The notes: generated by a model not told the origin, from the sequence alone. A stretch of DNA of 64,000 bases from Octopus bimaculoides (GCF_001194135.2 NC_068984.1:43241728-43305727); one strand, 5' to 3'; shown: positions 24,961 through 38,186, counted from the stretch's first letter. A program made the numbers and translations.

Positions 24961-26980
24961 AAGAGAAGGTTGCACTTGCGCCTTTCGGCTACCACGGAAG
25001 CTGTACAAGAGTTTTCATTCTTTTCTCCCAGCGTTCCTCTTCGTCATGTCCAGTACTGCTGATGTACACCGTGTGAAAAATATGGTGTAAAATAGTTGGA
25101 TATTATTGAGCAGACAATAGATATATATTAGTTATTATTAACTTAATGTAATTTAAATGACGCAAATGTCACCGTGATCGATTTTGCCTTCAGTCCTGTT
25201 CTCTCGCCTCGAAAATTTCTAGACTTGTGCCTTTGTAAGAAATCAGTTTCATTTAATTTCATGTTATATTTTCAATTAGATGAGAAAGCTTTTTTTTTTT
25301 TCTAGCAAGTAACTTAATTCTTAGTATAATTGCGAATTGATTCTTGCACGAATTTTGACTTTGGTTATAAACATTTTTAAAAACCTTTATTCATAACGAT
25401 AAGTGAACGGGACCAACAGACGGATCTCCACTATTTTCTAGATACACGACTCGCGTTTACTTGGCTACGTTTACTTTAAAATTCCAATGTATTTATGAGT
25501 CTCGCGTAGGCTAGTAATTTCTCTTGCGTATGTTGCTTTGAAAACCTCTGTTCTACATCAAAGATCGGTCGTCAAAAGATCCACACATAAAGATGGACAA
25601 CAATAAGCCAAGTACGTATGTTTGTTTTGTTTTACTCCAGGCAAGCCCTGATCAAGCATGTCTGATTAAAGTGTTACAGCTGTAACTACCTGCTTTTGGA
25701 GGTGGGGAATTTTAGAAGTGTATTATTCAATATATCCTTTTATTTTAAGATAGTAAGGTGTGATTTAAGGGAGATTTGTCTACTATTTCTAAAAGATTTA
25801 GAAACCATGGAGACGCTCACTCACTCTCTGACTCGTATGTTCATATGACTATGTCCGTGGAACATCACCGAAGACACAATGAATAGATTTTACTTCATAC
25901 GCAACTGCAAGACATTTGTCCTTTAAACATCTGTTCTAAACTCATCAGTTATATTCTCTTAAGTCACTGAACTCTGTTTCCATGAAATATATTTACAGCT
26001 TGATAAGCTGATCTAGTGGTTTGTAGGTGGTTTGTAGAGTAATAACGTGCGAATAAATCCGGTTACTGCTCAGTTCAGGAAGTTACTACAAAAATTAAGG
26101 AACCCATAGAGGACTCAGCAGCGTAGCAAGGGTTCACAAAACAGGCGTCAAAGGCAGTTTTGGCGCCTTCATCTTAATTAACAAACATAATAAACAAAAC
26201 AAAATTTCGCGGCTCTTTATGCTAATGCCCGAAGAAAGTACTCCTCTTCTGTACCCCCCCCCCCCCCNNNNNNNNNNNNNNNNCCCCAATCTTCTGCTAC
26301 GTCTCTGAGGAGAACCTTAAAGTGGTCGATAGACTTGCTAGAAATCGCACCTATATGTCACTTGAATGAATCTTCTTCGCCTTTTAGAAGGAAGTTACAG
26401 TGAATTATGTAGCCTTAGATATACTCTCAGGAAATCTGTGTATCTCGTACAAAAATAACAACAGCAACACTTTTAGGGATTAATTAAACAATCTCTGCGT
26501 TTCATTAGTTTCTCCTATTCCCTCTAACAAAATCTTCAGTTTTCTTTTTCAATTTACCTGTCCCAAGCGTTATTAATTTTTGGTCTTATAATTACTCCCT
26601 CCCCTGTATTCATCGCCAGGCCTTATCATAACAACACCCCTGCAGTTTTAATTCATAAACCATATTGGAGGGTTGCATTATTCATCCATGAATAGCAGTT
26701 CCTGAATTTAGAAAACATGTTGAGGGGGTAATCTATGTCGGTCGTCTATGATTAGCTGCTCTAAACTCTTTTTGTAACCAACTACTTATAACAAACATCG
26801 CTGGATGATTCAGGTATTTTCGATTTACTTATTTTCTTTATTTATTCACCCCAATCCACTAATGGTTAGCTCGCTTTGGTCCACACATTAAAATCATTGA
26901 TTTCTTGACTTCAAAATAAATTTCCCCTGCTCAAAGAAGCTAATTTTTCAAACAGAAGTGTTTTTTCAGATAATTTTTTT

Positions 26981-27029
<49 letters not shown>

Positions 27030-27044
27030 TTATTATTTTCAAGA

Positions 27045-27215
27045 GTGAGGGCGCATGGCCTAGTGGCCAGGGTGTCAGGGTGTACTACACTCGATCGCGA
27101 GATTGTGGTTTCGATTCCTGAACCGCGTGGTGCGTTGTGTTCTTGAGTAAAACACATCATCTCACGTTGCTCTGCGACCACTTCGATAGCTGACGCATGG
27201 TACACCGTGTACCTT
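27045..27215 (+). mobile_element. tRNA-derived SINE family C, 5' part
   Basis: ggcgcatggcctagtgg A box, gtttcgattcc B box, gcgttgtgttcttgagtaaaacac core. Confidence 0.75.
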
Positions 27216-27220
27216 TATAA

Positions 27221-27620
27221 GGCGGCGAGCTGGCAGAAACGTTAGCACGCCGGGCGAAATGCTTAGCGGTATTTCGTCTGCCGTTAGGTTCTGAGTTCAA
27301 ATTCCGCCGAGGTCGACTTTGCCTTTCATCCTTTTGGGGTCAATGAATTAAGTACCAGTTACGCACTGGGGTCGATGTAATCGACTTAATCCCTTTGTTT
27401 TTCCTTGTTTGTCCCCTCTATGTTTAGCCCCTTGTGGACAATAAAGAAATAAGAAACGTTAATACGCCGGGCAAAATGCTTAGCGGTATTTCGTGTCTTT
27501 ACGTTCTGAGTTCTGCCGGTTTTGATGGAATAGATACCATTTGAACACTGGCGTCAATGTAACCGATTTACCCATTTCCCAAAATTTCTGGCTTTGTGCC
27601 TATTGCAGAAAAGTTTATTT
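27221..27620 (+). mobile_element. SINE A long-tail copy followed directly by a 5'-truncated SINE A
   Basis: Long copy 27221-27451 ends aataaagaaata; the second copy restarts at the A-box word agaaacgtt at 27452. Confidence 0.9.
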
Positions 27621-28399
27621 TAAAAGAAATGAACATGTAATGATAATGAGACTCAATACTAAGACAGTCAGATTTATCATAAAATTAGTTTATAACGTTA
27701 TTTAAAATTTTGTTATCTTCATTTTATTTAAGACAGATGTAGTTCTCTTCTTCACAAGTACATAGTGTTTTGAATAGTTGTTATCTGCCTTAGATTAACT
27801 CTTGTCAGGTAGACCAATAATGAAAGGTTGTTGAGAATCTTATCATTTAGATAACATTATTCAAAATATCTTTCACATCTTTTTAAGACAGTGATATGTT
27901 ACTTAAGGGGTATATGCTTGCTATTTCAAGCAACTTGTGATCATGCCGTCAGCAGTCCAAATATTTAGTTTTTGAAGCCATATACTATTTAGACATAGGT
28001 ACTGCGATGTTGTTTTATGGGCGAGTAGTTGGGGTAATAAATATTAGTGTTGACGTACAGTGAAGATGGTTAAAATATTTTCTAACTTTAGCTTTAAATT
28101 CATGTGTTTAAATTGGTACTCCTTTGTCCGTTGCGGCCGCATGACTTGGGCCTGCCTCCAGTGTCTTCTCCATTTTCCCACAATGGGAAACAAAACAACA
28201 ATTAACGAATTAACATCTTTGGTAACAATTCAAATCAATAACAATGGCAACAATTCGATAAACACTTCAACATAAACTCGCGTATCAACTTCACAGAGAC
28301 GGGATACCGCTAAGCATTTCGCCCGGTGTGCTAACGTTTCTGTCAGCTCGCCGCCTCAATGTTTATTAATAGTAAAAGAGGAATCGACCATAACCTCAG

Positions 28400-30050
28400 G
28401 CACGAAAGAATACAGAATTAATCTGCAACAGTAACCTGTAATATTTCGGGACTGCGGGGTTCGAAAAGCGTCGACTGAAATTTGTAACGTATATATTAGT
28501 AAAATATCAAATATTCGATGAAGTTCTGGTTTTGAAAAACAGTAGTAATTATAAACTTTATCATATAGTTCTATTTGTCTCCAAACCAACGAGAATTTGC
28601 TGACTACCCAGTCTTATTTCCAGTAGCAAATTCCGCAGCAACTGCAGTCGGACTTTTATTTGTCCGTTCTTTGATACAAAAGTATATCAGAAAATTAATC
28701 TCTCCCGTGCCATCCTGGACAGAAGACGTCAAATCGTCTTGCTAGAGGAAATGCCCTAGATGTTGCAGAAAATACTGTAAAAGTTGGCAAAGTTTTTCAC
28801 CATAGACTCTTTTTCTTTTCATACTAATGGTCAACAGCATCATAAATTATCTGGGTGCTAGTATAAAAGCTGACTGAGATAAAGTCCAAAGAAGAAATCA
28901 AGCATTTTCGTTTGAGTCTAGCATCAACGAACCTGAAAATCAGTATCCAATTGTAACATACACATTCTAACCAAAACTCAGGTAGAATCGAATAATTATC
29001 AAGAATTCGTTGAAAGCGAGCAGTGCATACTGACTAGCTAGTTGCACTCAAAGTTAAGACGACAAGGCACAAGTAGTTTTCAGACACATTTTTTTCAGTT
29101 AATCAAGTAAATTCTCCTTTTGTAACTACTTAATTAAGATAACAATCTCTCTACATTCATTCATCAAGTCAGACAGTATTTTGTGTTGCAGTTTTCTTTA
29201 CACTCAGACTTAAAGAATTTGCTTGATAATATGTTGCCAAAGCCTTGGTTGAAGTTGTTCCAAACGCTTTGTCAAAGTATACTCGACTACAGTTGCATAA
29301 ATATAGTTGCAGTCTCATGTATACTTCTATGATGACTGAAAATCTTGCTGAAGATTTTGTATTTTGGCATGCAGTAATTCCTAATTGATCGCCAACCATC
29401 TGACGACGTAACGTAGGTATAATCTTCGTTCTTTGTTGTTTGATTCGGTATATTCCCTAACAATAATTAAAAACTTTGCGCTTTCTTATTAAGTTAATTT
29501 TTCGTAACAAAGTCAGCCAGTCTGTTTAATCAGGGCTGATGGGGATAAACAAAGACAGCTTGAGGAGGAATGAGCTCTGTTTGCCTATCTTGTTCTGCAC
29601 TGGTGGTTCTCAAGAATTTGTGGTACACTGGAAATCAGGAATAAAATTACTGACACACATCATATGGAACTCATCTTGTATATTGTGGCTCAGATAGCTA
29701 TCAGTATCAGCATCGCTGATCTACTTTAGAAGAATATAATCATCTGTCTCTCACACGACTTTTCAACATTTCTTTGCAAGGTTATTTATTCGCATAAAGC
29801 AAAAGCACTCAGTTTTTATTCTGCATTTACGAATCATTTGCACAAGTTTTCTTGTAGTTTCATTCAACAGATTTTTAATGCTATTACATTTAGAAATAAG
29901 CACTCTAGATTCATTAACAGCACAATGACACTTAGAGACCACTTCACTCAAAGTGCTGACGAGTTTTTCCCATTTTCCAAATTTTTCTGTTAAAAACACG
30001 TTCTCTTTTCCTTTAATATGGTGCTGTTTTGAATTTTCATTATACTTTGC
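28400..30050 (-). pseudogene. Decayed hAT transposase (ZMYM1/DUF4371-like)
   Basis: Minus-strand motifs in the expected order: SYLSHNIQDEF (~29690), H..HRLQL with frameshift (~29320), LSATS*SV..ILDNYSILPEFW (LCPTRW motif, ~29050), DFFFGLYL..HPDNL (~28890); many stops. Confidence 0.75.
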
Positions 30051-30482
30051 ACAGAAAAAAAACAAACAAACAAAAAAAGCAACAACAAACAAAAATCGAT
30101 ATGCATGATCGTAGGTTTCATCATAATGAATGAAATAAAAAGTAGTAAACCAAATTAATAGAAAAGAATGTTTCTGGTTGCCAATTGTTTGCTTGGGAAA
30201 ATTTAAATTCATCAACTGAATAAGATGAGTAATAGTAATAAACCTGGGACGGTTTCGTTGGTTGATTGATATAATGAAGTGGAAATTACTGCAACAGAAA
30301 TAATTTTACTAGGAGTTTCTGGTTGTAACTGTGTGGAGCGGTTTGTTGCTGATGATCAGGAATCATTATGATTTGAGATTTTTGCTGGAAAATGTTGCAT
30401 CGTTTGTTGCTTGTCATCGCTGGTCACAAAACCATCCAATATTCTTATTCAACTCAGTTTTTGAAATAAAACGAAACGCTTT

Positions 30483-30654
30483 CTCCGCACAGGCGTGGCT
30501 GTGTCGTAAGACGTTTGTTTTCAAACCCATATAGTTCAGGGTTCAGTCTCATCGCGTGATACCTTGGGCAACTGTTTTCTACAATAGCTCAGGGCCGACA
30601 AAAGCCTTGTGAATGGATCTGGTAGTCAGAAACTAAAAGAAGCCTGTCGTATAT
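30483..30654 (+). mobile_element. SINE family B 5' half, identical to 31321-31492
   Basis: Shares private mutations with the copy across the gap. Confidence 0.85.
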
Positions 30655-30661
30655 ACACATA

Positions 30662-30759
30662 TTCTTCTTCTTCTTCTTCTTCTTCTTCTTCTTCTTCTTC
30701 TTCTTCTTCTTCTTCTTCTTCTTCTTCTTCATCTTCTTCTTCTTCTTCTTCTTCTTCTT

Positions 30760-30790
<31 letters not shown>

Positions 30791-30911
30791 TTATTATTAT
30801 TATTATTATTACTACTACTACTACTACTATTATTATTATCATTATTATTATTATTATTATTATTACTACTACTACTACTACTACTATTATTATTATTATT
30901 ATTATTATCAT
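30662..30911. repeat. Compound microsatellite (TTC)n(TTA)n(CTA)n
   Basis: Direct reading. Confidence 0.97.
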
Positions 30912-31320
30912 NNNNNNNNNNNNNNNNNNNNNNNNNNNNNNNNNNNNNNNNNNNNNNNNNNNNNNNNNNNNNNNNNNNNNNNNNNNNNNNNNNNNNNNNN
31001 NNNNNNNNNNNNNNNNNNNNNNNNNNNNNNNNNNNNNNNNNNNNNNNNNNNNNNNNNNNNNNNNNNNNNNNNNNNNNNNNNNNNNNNNNNNNNNNNNNNN
31101 NNNNNNNNNNNNNNNNNNNNNNNNNNNNNNNNNNNNNNNNNNNNNNNNNNNNNNNNNNNNNNNNNNNNNNNNNNNNNNNNNNNNNNNNNNNNNNNNNNNN
31201 NNNNNNNNNNNNNNNNNNNNNNNNNNNNNNNNNNNNNNNNNNNNNNNNNNNNNNNNNNNNNNNNNNNNNNNNNNNNNNNNNNNNNNNNNNNNNNNNNNNN
31301 NNNNNNNNNNNNNNNNNNNN

Positions 31321-31745
31321 CTCCGCACAGGCGTGGCTGTGTCGTAAGACGTTTGTTTTCAAACCCATATAGTTCAGGGTTCAGTCTCATCGCGTGATAC
31401 CTTGGGCAACTGTTTTCTACAATAGCTCAGGGCCGACAAAAGCCTTGTGAATGGATCTGGTAGTCAGAAACTAAAAGAAGCCTGTCGTATATATGTATAT
31501 ATATATATATATGTGTGTGTGTGTTTGTGTGTCTGTGTTTGTCCCCCCTCCTCCCAACATCGCTTGACAACCGATGCTGGTGTATTTACGTCCCCGTAAC
31601 TTAGCGGTTCGGCAAAAGGGACCGATAGAGTAAGTATTAGGTTTCCAAAGAATAAGTCCTGGGGTCGATTTGCTCGACTAAAGGCGGTGCTCCAGCATGG
31701 CCGCAGTCAAATGAACTGAAACAAGTAAAAGAGTAAAAGAGTATA
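31321..31745 (+). mobile_element. SINE family B, full length
   Basis: Head, accttgggcaa CORE-like box, (TA)(TG) tract, tail ending gtaaaagagtaaaagagta. Confidence 0.93.
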
Positions 31746-32287
31746 TGAAGAACTATGTAAAGAAGTAAAAAAAAAAACATGTAAAAATACAATTGAGAAT
31801 TGAGATAGATAGATAATGACAGAATCCAAGACAATGAGAGAAAGAGAAAGAGAAAGAGAAAGCGTTATGAGGGTCATAAAGATTTTTCTACTTAAAGATC
31901 CTAGCCAGACTGACAATTAACAATTAACTGGCGGAAGTAGGAATGCACCGGGGAGTCATGTTATAGAGAACAGCGTGCGTTTGTGTGTGTATGGAGAGAG
32001 AGAGAGAGAGAGAAAGGGAGCCGATATTGACTGATATATATCTTTATATACACATAGGCACATACACAAAGACACACACACGCGCGCGCACACACACACA
32101 CGCACACACACACACATGGGGACACAAGTATACTTATATACATGCACAGAAACATCAATCTGTATATAAAATACAGTCATATACACATATAGACATAGAT
32201 ACCTAAAATAAACCTATACATTTACTTACACACACACACACACACACATACACATGCACACAAAGGCATATATGTAGATATTCATAC

Positions 32288-32366
<79 letters not shown>

Positions 32367-32534
32367 CGCACATACATACAGATGTACATGCATATGCATA
32401 CACGGATATATACAAATACATATATGTACGTACATGTGTATACGCACATACACATACGCACGCATACATACATGCATGTATGCATATAGACGCCCATACA
32501 CACATATATAAAGTTACACATAGATATATATATG

Positions 32535-33450
32535 CACGAATGAGGAAAGTTCGGTGGCAGGGTACATTATTGTCGGCAAGAATTCAATCCTTCGTGATCC
32601 ACAAATCCGGTTGTTTCCGCTGAATGTCCTCCCGCAAACGCTTCAAAATGTCGCAGATGAACTCTCGATTGACGGTCTGGCCCTGGAGGACGAATTCTCG
32701 ATGCACAATACCACGGATGTCGAAAAAAATGACGAACATGTTCTTGACTGAGCTTCTGCTCCATCATGCCTTCTTCGGTCGTGGAGATGAAGGGCATTTC
32801 CATTGTAACGACTGCTGCTCCGTCTCAGGATCGTACCCGTAGATCAAACTCTCGTCACCGATGATGATCCTCGACACGAAGGATAGGTCTTCAGCTGCAC
32901 GCTGACGGAGATCTTGACAGACTTCGACGTGATGCTCTTTCTGCTCAGTGGTTAGCGCAGGTGGAGGACAAACTTGACATAGACACACCGCATGTTCAAT
33001 TCAGACGTTAGGATTGCTTGCACAGACCCATATGACAGACCAGCAACATCAGCAATGCTATTGATTGCTTTCCGACGATCCACATGCATACGCTGATGAA
33101 TTTTCTCCACATTTCCGGGGTTGACATTCGTGGCAGGTCTTCCAGATCGCTCATCGTCTTCCAAGGACGTCTTCCGTTTTTGAAGCGCCCGTGCCACTAG
33201 AAACTTTGCGTACGACCCATTGCCTCGATGCCGTAAGCTTGTCGAAGCATGCTCAATGTCTCTGTAGCAGGCTTTCCAAGTTTAACGCAAAATTTCACAT
33301 TGGTTCTTTGTTCCAGCTTCCTGACTATGACAAAATTGCAGACTCCAGTATACATGTGATCACAAAAACACAAATTTCACAACTTTCGAAGTAAATAAAA
33401 CAACGTTACTCGGCATACTGCCCCATGAAGGTCACTGCTAGCTCTCACTG
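32535..33450 (-). mobile_element. mariner transposon remnant B (HTH through second catalytic D)
   Basis: DDERSGRP, IIGDESLIYGYDPET (first D), ILADNNVPCHR (HDNA-like). Confidence 0.9.
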
Positions 33451-34285
33451 TACACTTATTTACCAAAGTTTTAACATCATCTCCTTCGAAATAGTCACCT
33501 TGTGCAGCTTTACACCGATCTCAACGTTCCTGCCACTCTTGGAATTAAGCTTGGAACTCATTTTCCGTAAGCGAGTCGAGGACCTTCTGCGGTTGAACTG
33601 CAGTTCATCGTTGTTAAAACGGCAACCTTTAACCTGCGTTTTCCTCTTAGGGAAGAGACGGCAGTCCGCAAGTGCTAAATCTGACGAATAGGGTACGTGC
33701 GGAAGCGATACCATGTTGTTTTTGGCGAGAAACTCACGAGTAAGGAGAGCCCAGTGACAGTCTGCATTATCGTCGTAAGGAATCTAGACTTTAGGGTTGC
33801 ATACACAGATCAATACGACCGACCAACAATATCAGTAATGTTGTTGATTGTCCTCCAACGATCCTCATGCATAAGCTGATGAATTTTCTCCACATTTCCA
33901 AGGGTGACGCTCGGGGCAGGTTTTCCAAGCCGCTCATCGTCTCTTAGAGATGGTCTTCCGCTTTTGAAACGCCCGTGCCACTCAAAACATTGCGTATGAC
34001 CCATTGTCTCGTCGCCGAAAGCTTACCGAAGCGTGCTCAATGTCTCTGTTGTAGACTTCACAAGTTCAACGCAAAATTTCACGTTGACACTTTGTTCCAA
34101 CTTCCTGTCCATGACAAAATCGCAGACTACAGCATACACGGGATCAAGTTTCACAACTTTCGAAGTAAACACAGCTATATCACTCGGCGCACTGCCTTAT
34201 GAAGGTCACTGCTAGCTCTCACTGTGCACGCAACCGTGTGCTGCCATCTGTTGGCGCGCTATAGAACTAGTCCGGGAACCACCCC
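33451..34285 (-). mobile_element. mariner transposon remnant A (HTH fused to C-terminus, middle deleted)
   Basis: FEWHGRFKSG..DDERLGKP then DDNA..REFLAKN..PHVPYSSDLALAD (YSPDLAP); partial TIR ctagtccgggaac. Confidence 0.9.
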
Positions 34286-34678
34286 GCACTGAATGTTGTT
34301 TGTAAACGCGTTGAAAAATTGTTGTAATTCAAATCATGAAAACATTTGCTATCTATAAGGAAATCATTCAGGCACGAAAGGTTTAATTGATGAACTAAAA
34401 GAAATAGCAATTCCCATTAGAAATAAAATGAACAATTTATTAAACAAACTACTTGCTTGGTAATACAATTTATGAAGTAAATTTCCAGTTTAGTAAAACA
34501 TAGAATCCGAGAAAACTAGTGACGTTGTGCGTCTGGAAAAGAGAAAAAAAAGAAGAGTATATGTGTGTGTGNNNNNNNNNNNNNNNNNNNNNNNNNNNNN
34601 NNNNNNNNNNNNNNNNNNNNNNNNNNNNNNNNNNNNNNNNNNNNNNNNNNNNNNNNNNNNNNNNNNNNNNNNNNNNNN

Positions 34679-35678
34679 AGGGGTGAATTGTCTATAAAAT
34701 CTAGCGAACATTCTTTTAGACAATTCACCGAGCCACCTAGCGAACTTAGATGACCTTTCTGATGATGTGATAGTAGAATATATATCACCAAGAAAACTAA
34801 CTTCTTTGCAGCCAATGGATCACTGTGTGATAGCTAACTTCAAGGCATATGAGAACTTTCAAACCACTTATAAAAGCAAGTGACAAGGAGAATAAGCTTA
34901 ACGTTAAAGATTTCTGCAACAAATTCAACATAACGGATGGTGTGGATAATATAGTTGAGTCATGGGATAAAGTGAAACCGTCAACTTTGAATTTTGCTTG
35001 GAAAAATACATGGCCAGACTGTAATCTGTGACATTACAAATTTTCCTCAGACAGAAAGTCTACGTCAAATTCAGAAAGATGTAACACTTGAAAACGATGT
35101 AGAATTTGAAGAAGCCAAAAAGGAAGACGTGATTGAGTTGCTAGAGTCCCAGAAAAAGGGTTTATCCAACGAAGAGCTGATGTTGGAAAAAGAACAATCT
35201 GCAAATACAGATGAGACAACCGACGTTCCACCTATACCACTTATTTTGGCTTCAAAAATTATTGCTAATGGGCTACCACTTACAGAGGAAGGTCTGCAGG
35301 TCTTTGCTGATTATGATCCTAATCGTGAACATTACCCCTCACGCAGTAGTTAACATCTTTTGTAGTGAGAACGTACCCTTACGCTATTAAGATTCTTATT
35401 AATTCCCTAACGTATTCCTCTTCAAATGCTTTTGTTTTGTTTTTTATGTATCTATAGTGTATTGTGTATGTTTTAAATTGTTATTTTCATGTATAATGAT
35501 GATCTTATTACTTATTCTCTATTGTTTTCGTGTGCTTTTTCATTTTTTTTTGTTCATAGGAACGCAGTCTCACTTGATCATATGAAAATCAATAGGAAAA
35601 TTAATTTCGCATTACGGAATTTTGCGTTACGGCCAGATTTTTAGGAACGCGCTATTTCTATAAAGCGAGTGATTCCTG
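34679..35678 (+). mobile_element. pogo/Tigger transposon 3' part
   Basis: LLDNSPSH..SLQPMDHCVIANFKAY..SWDKVKPSTLNFAWK; terminus aaagcgagtgattcctg followed by TA. Confidence 0.85.
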
Positions 35679-35699
35679 TATATTTTTGTTGCGTATACT

Positions 35700-35945
35700 G
35701 AATAAAAGATATAATTTATTGACAGAACTCACCGGAGGAGGAGAAACAGTTGAAAGTTAGTTCAAGTTCACCTAAGCAGAGAAGGATGGTGGTACTGGAT
35801 TTAAGTAAAGAATCTAAGAAATGTCTAAGGGCTAAGAGCTCTTCATTGTTAAGGATGACAGTGTAGAGGAATTTTACATCCATGATGGATAAGAGTTGTG
35901 AGGGTTCAAGACTTAAGTGTATGATTACTCTGCATATGTGAAGGC
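35700..35945 (-). mobile_element. Penelope-like RT fragment
   Basis: LSIMDVKFLYTVILNNEELLALRHFLD..LELTFNCFSSSGEFCQ (DVxSLYT motif of PLE RTs). Confidence 0.75.
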
Positions 35946-36239
35946 AAAATAGCGACTTTCAATGAAATATAGTTTGTCAACTGTCCGCTTCCTTTCCACT
36001 TGCGTTTGTAATGAACGCTACGTGAATGCAAAACAATAAAAGTATTCTGCTTCCCTCACCAACCCTTTCGCAGTGGATAAATATGGCTGGCCGCAATAAC
36101 ATATTTATTTTTAATTAGTTATTTTTTTTTACCTCTAATTCTTGCAGCATGTTAAACGTGGTTACATATAGAATAGTTTTACACGGCACCATATTATTAT
36201 ACAGTGATTTATTCTAACCAATATCTCCACCTTGGTTAT

Positions 36240-36430
36240 TATGGCCACAACGTTTCAATCTCTGCACACTCCAGCCTTTTTCAGGTGCCTGTTATACTCG
36301 GCAACATTCTTGCAACATTCGAACAGAACCCTTTATTCAAACCACCGAGGTAGAGTGTTCTTATTCCATTCTCCACGCCCGTGATATTCTCAGGGCCAGC
36401 GAAAAGGACTCGTAACTTGGGAGCAGTCTC
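36240..36430 (-). mobile_element. Penelope pLTR-like remnant with degenerate hammerhead motif
   Basis: Minus strand gcac-ctgaaaa-aggctgg..gatt-gaaacgtt-gtg at 36245-36290; G8 mutated. Confidence 0.5.
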
Positions 36431-36596
36431 CTAGCAAGTTTCTTGCTTAGGATATTCAAAATAAAAGAGGAGAATGAAAATAAAATAAACACTTTATTCC
36501 TATCTTTAACGAATTGTATCAAATACTTTATTTACATTTACAGGTTGAAAGTTGAAAAGGCACTTTACAGATTGAAAGTTGAAAAGGCACAGAGAA

Positions 36597-36838
36597 GATA
36601 TTTATTTCTTTATTGCCAACAGGGGGCTAAACATAGAAGGGACAAACAAGGGGATCAAGTCGATTACATCGACTCCAGTGCATAACTGGTACTTATTTAA
36701 TCGACTCCGAAAGGAGGAAAGGCAAAGTCGACCTCAGCAAAGTCGACCTCGGCAAAGTCGACCTCAGAACGTAACGGCAGACGAACTACTGCTAAGCATT
36801 TCGCCGGCGTGCTAACAATTCTGCCAGCTCACTGCCCC
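36597..36838 (-). mobile_element. SINE A long-tail copy with internal 15-bp triplication
   Basis: TSD gcacagagaa at 36587 and 36840; (g/a)gcaaagtcgacctc x3 at 36721-36765 replaces the B box. Confidence 0.9.
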
Positions 36839-36839
36839 A

Positions 36840-37108
36840 GCACAGAGAATGTATTAGAATTAATTAGAATTTAATTATATTTTAAAATATAGGGATGCGC
36901 TTGACGTTACTTGATAGCGTTCTGAGCTACATTCCAACTTAAAAAAAAAAAAAGAAACTATTTTTATACAACGGCCAGAATAGACATAATTTGCGTCACA
37001 ACTCCATACACTATGCACTTTTGAAAATCCAATATCAAACCGGTCAAGTGTATTCCTATATTTTAAGTTATAATTAAATTCTAATTAATTCAAGTATATT
37101 CTCTGTGC
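36840..37108. mobile_element. MITE with ~65-bp TIRs
   Basis: gcacagagaatgtattagaattaattagaatttaattat... (36840) matches the reverse complement of 37042-37108. Confidence 0.75.
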
Positions 37109-37259
37109 ATATTTAACTTCATTTCTTCTNNNNNNNNNNNNNNNNNNNNNNNNNNNNNNNNNNNNNNNNNNNNNNNNNNNNNNNNNNNNNNNNNNNNNNN
37201 NNNNNNNNNNNNNNNNNNNNNNNNNNNNNNNNNNNNNNNNNNNNNNNNNNNNNNNNATA

Positions 37260-37400
37260 TATATATGTCTCTGTGTGTGAGTGTGTTTGCATTCCCAACA
37301 TCGCTTGACAACTGATGTTGGTGTGTTTACGTCCCCGTAACTTAGCGGTTCGGCAAAGAGATCGATAGAATAAGAACTAGGCTTACAAAGAATAAGTCAT
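37260..37400 (+). mobile_element. SINE family B central fragment
   Basis: cccaacatcgcttgacaac..tttacgtccccgtaacttagcggttcggc. Confidence 0.88.
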
Positions 37401-38186
37401 TATGTGCGTGTGTGTGTGTGTGTGCGTGTGTGTGTGTGCGTGTGATATATACTTGTCATGTCGCTGAAATTCAGCTTGCCCGAGGCACAAGTATCTCAAC
37501 GGCCTTGGATATTCTCGTCTAATTCTAGTATTTGTTTTACCTCTTGTTTATTACAATTAAATAAACCAAGTACAGATCCACTGACCAAAGTATTACATTC
37601 ACAGTCACCAATCAAAATGCAACAATAAGCACTTAAATTAGTGCTTATTTTCAACTCTCTATTTTCTGTCTATTATCCTTTAATTTTATTCTTCGTCTTT
37701 CAAAGGTCTGCTTCTAATTTGTCCCTAGCTTATTCGTACAAGTAAAAATATTTTTATTCCATTAAAAATCGTGACTTTTTAAAAAGTGATAACGTTATGA
37801 TTCGTTCATTTTTGTTTGATGTTGGTTGCAACGCTCTTGTTAATGGTTTTATTTGCTCACCCTCTCTTTCATCTGAAAATTCAATATAATAAATTCCATG
37901 AAACCAATTTCTTTAGTATACATGAACTGTTGACCTTTGAAAATTTCTTTTATTTCAATTTGCTTTCCTCTGACCTATCCAGTCAGTTTTTTTAAAGCAC
38001 AGAGTAAATAAGTATCAATCAAAACTTTTGAAACTTATCGGTTTTAACAAGTCGCACGACACAAGTTTATGGCAGCTTAATTGCTTGGGAACTTTTATTT
38101 AAAAACCAAACACATTTACAAGGGCTTTATCTTATCTCTCCACCACACCAAATAAACTTGTTTATTTGCGTGTCGATTATATATAG

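Noticed and set aside
36721-36765. Repeated units that could suggest a CRISPR array
   Set aside because: No spacers; eukaryotic SINE slippage. No CRISPR or cas anywhere in the window
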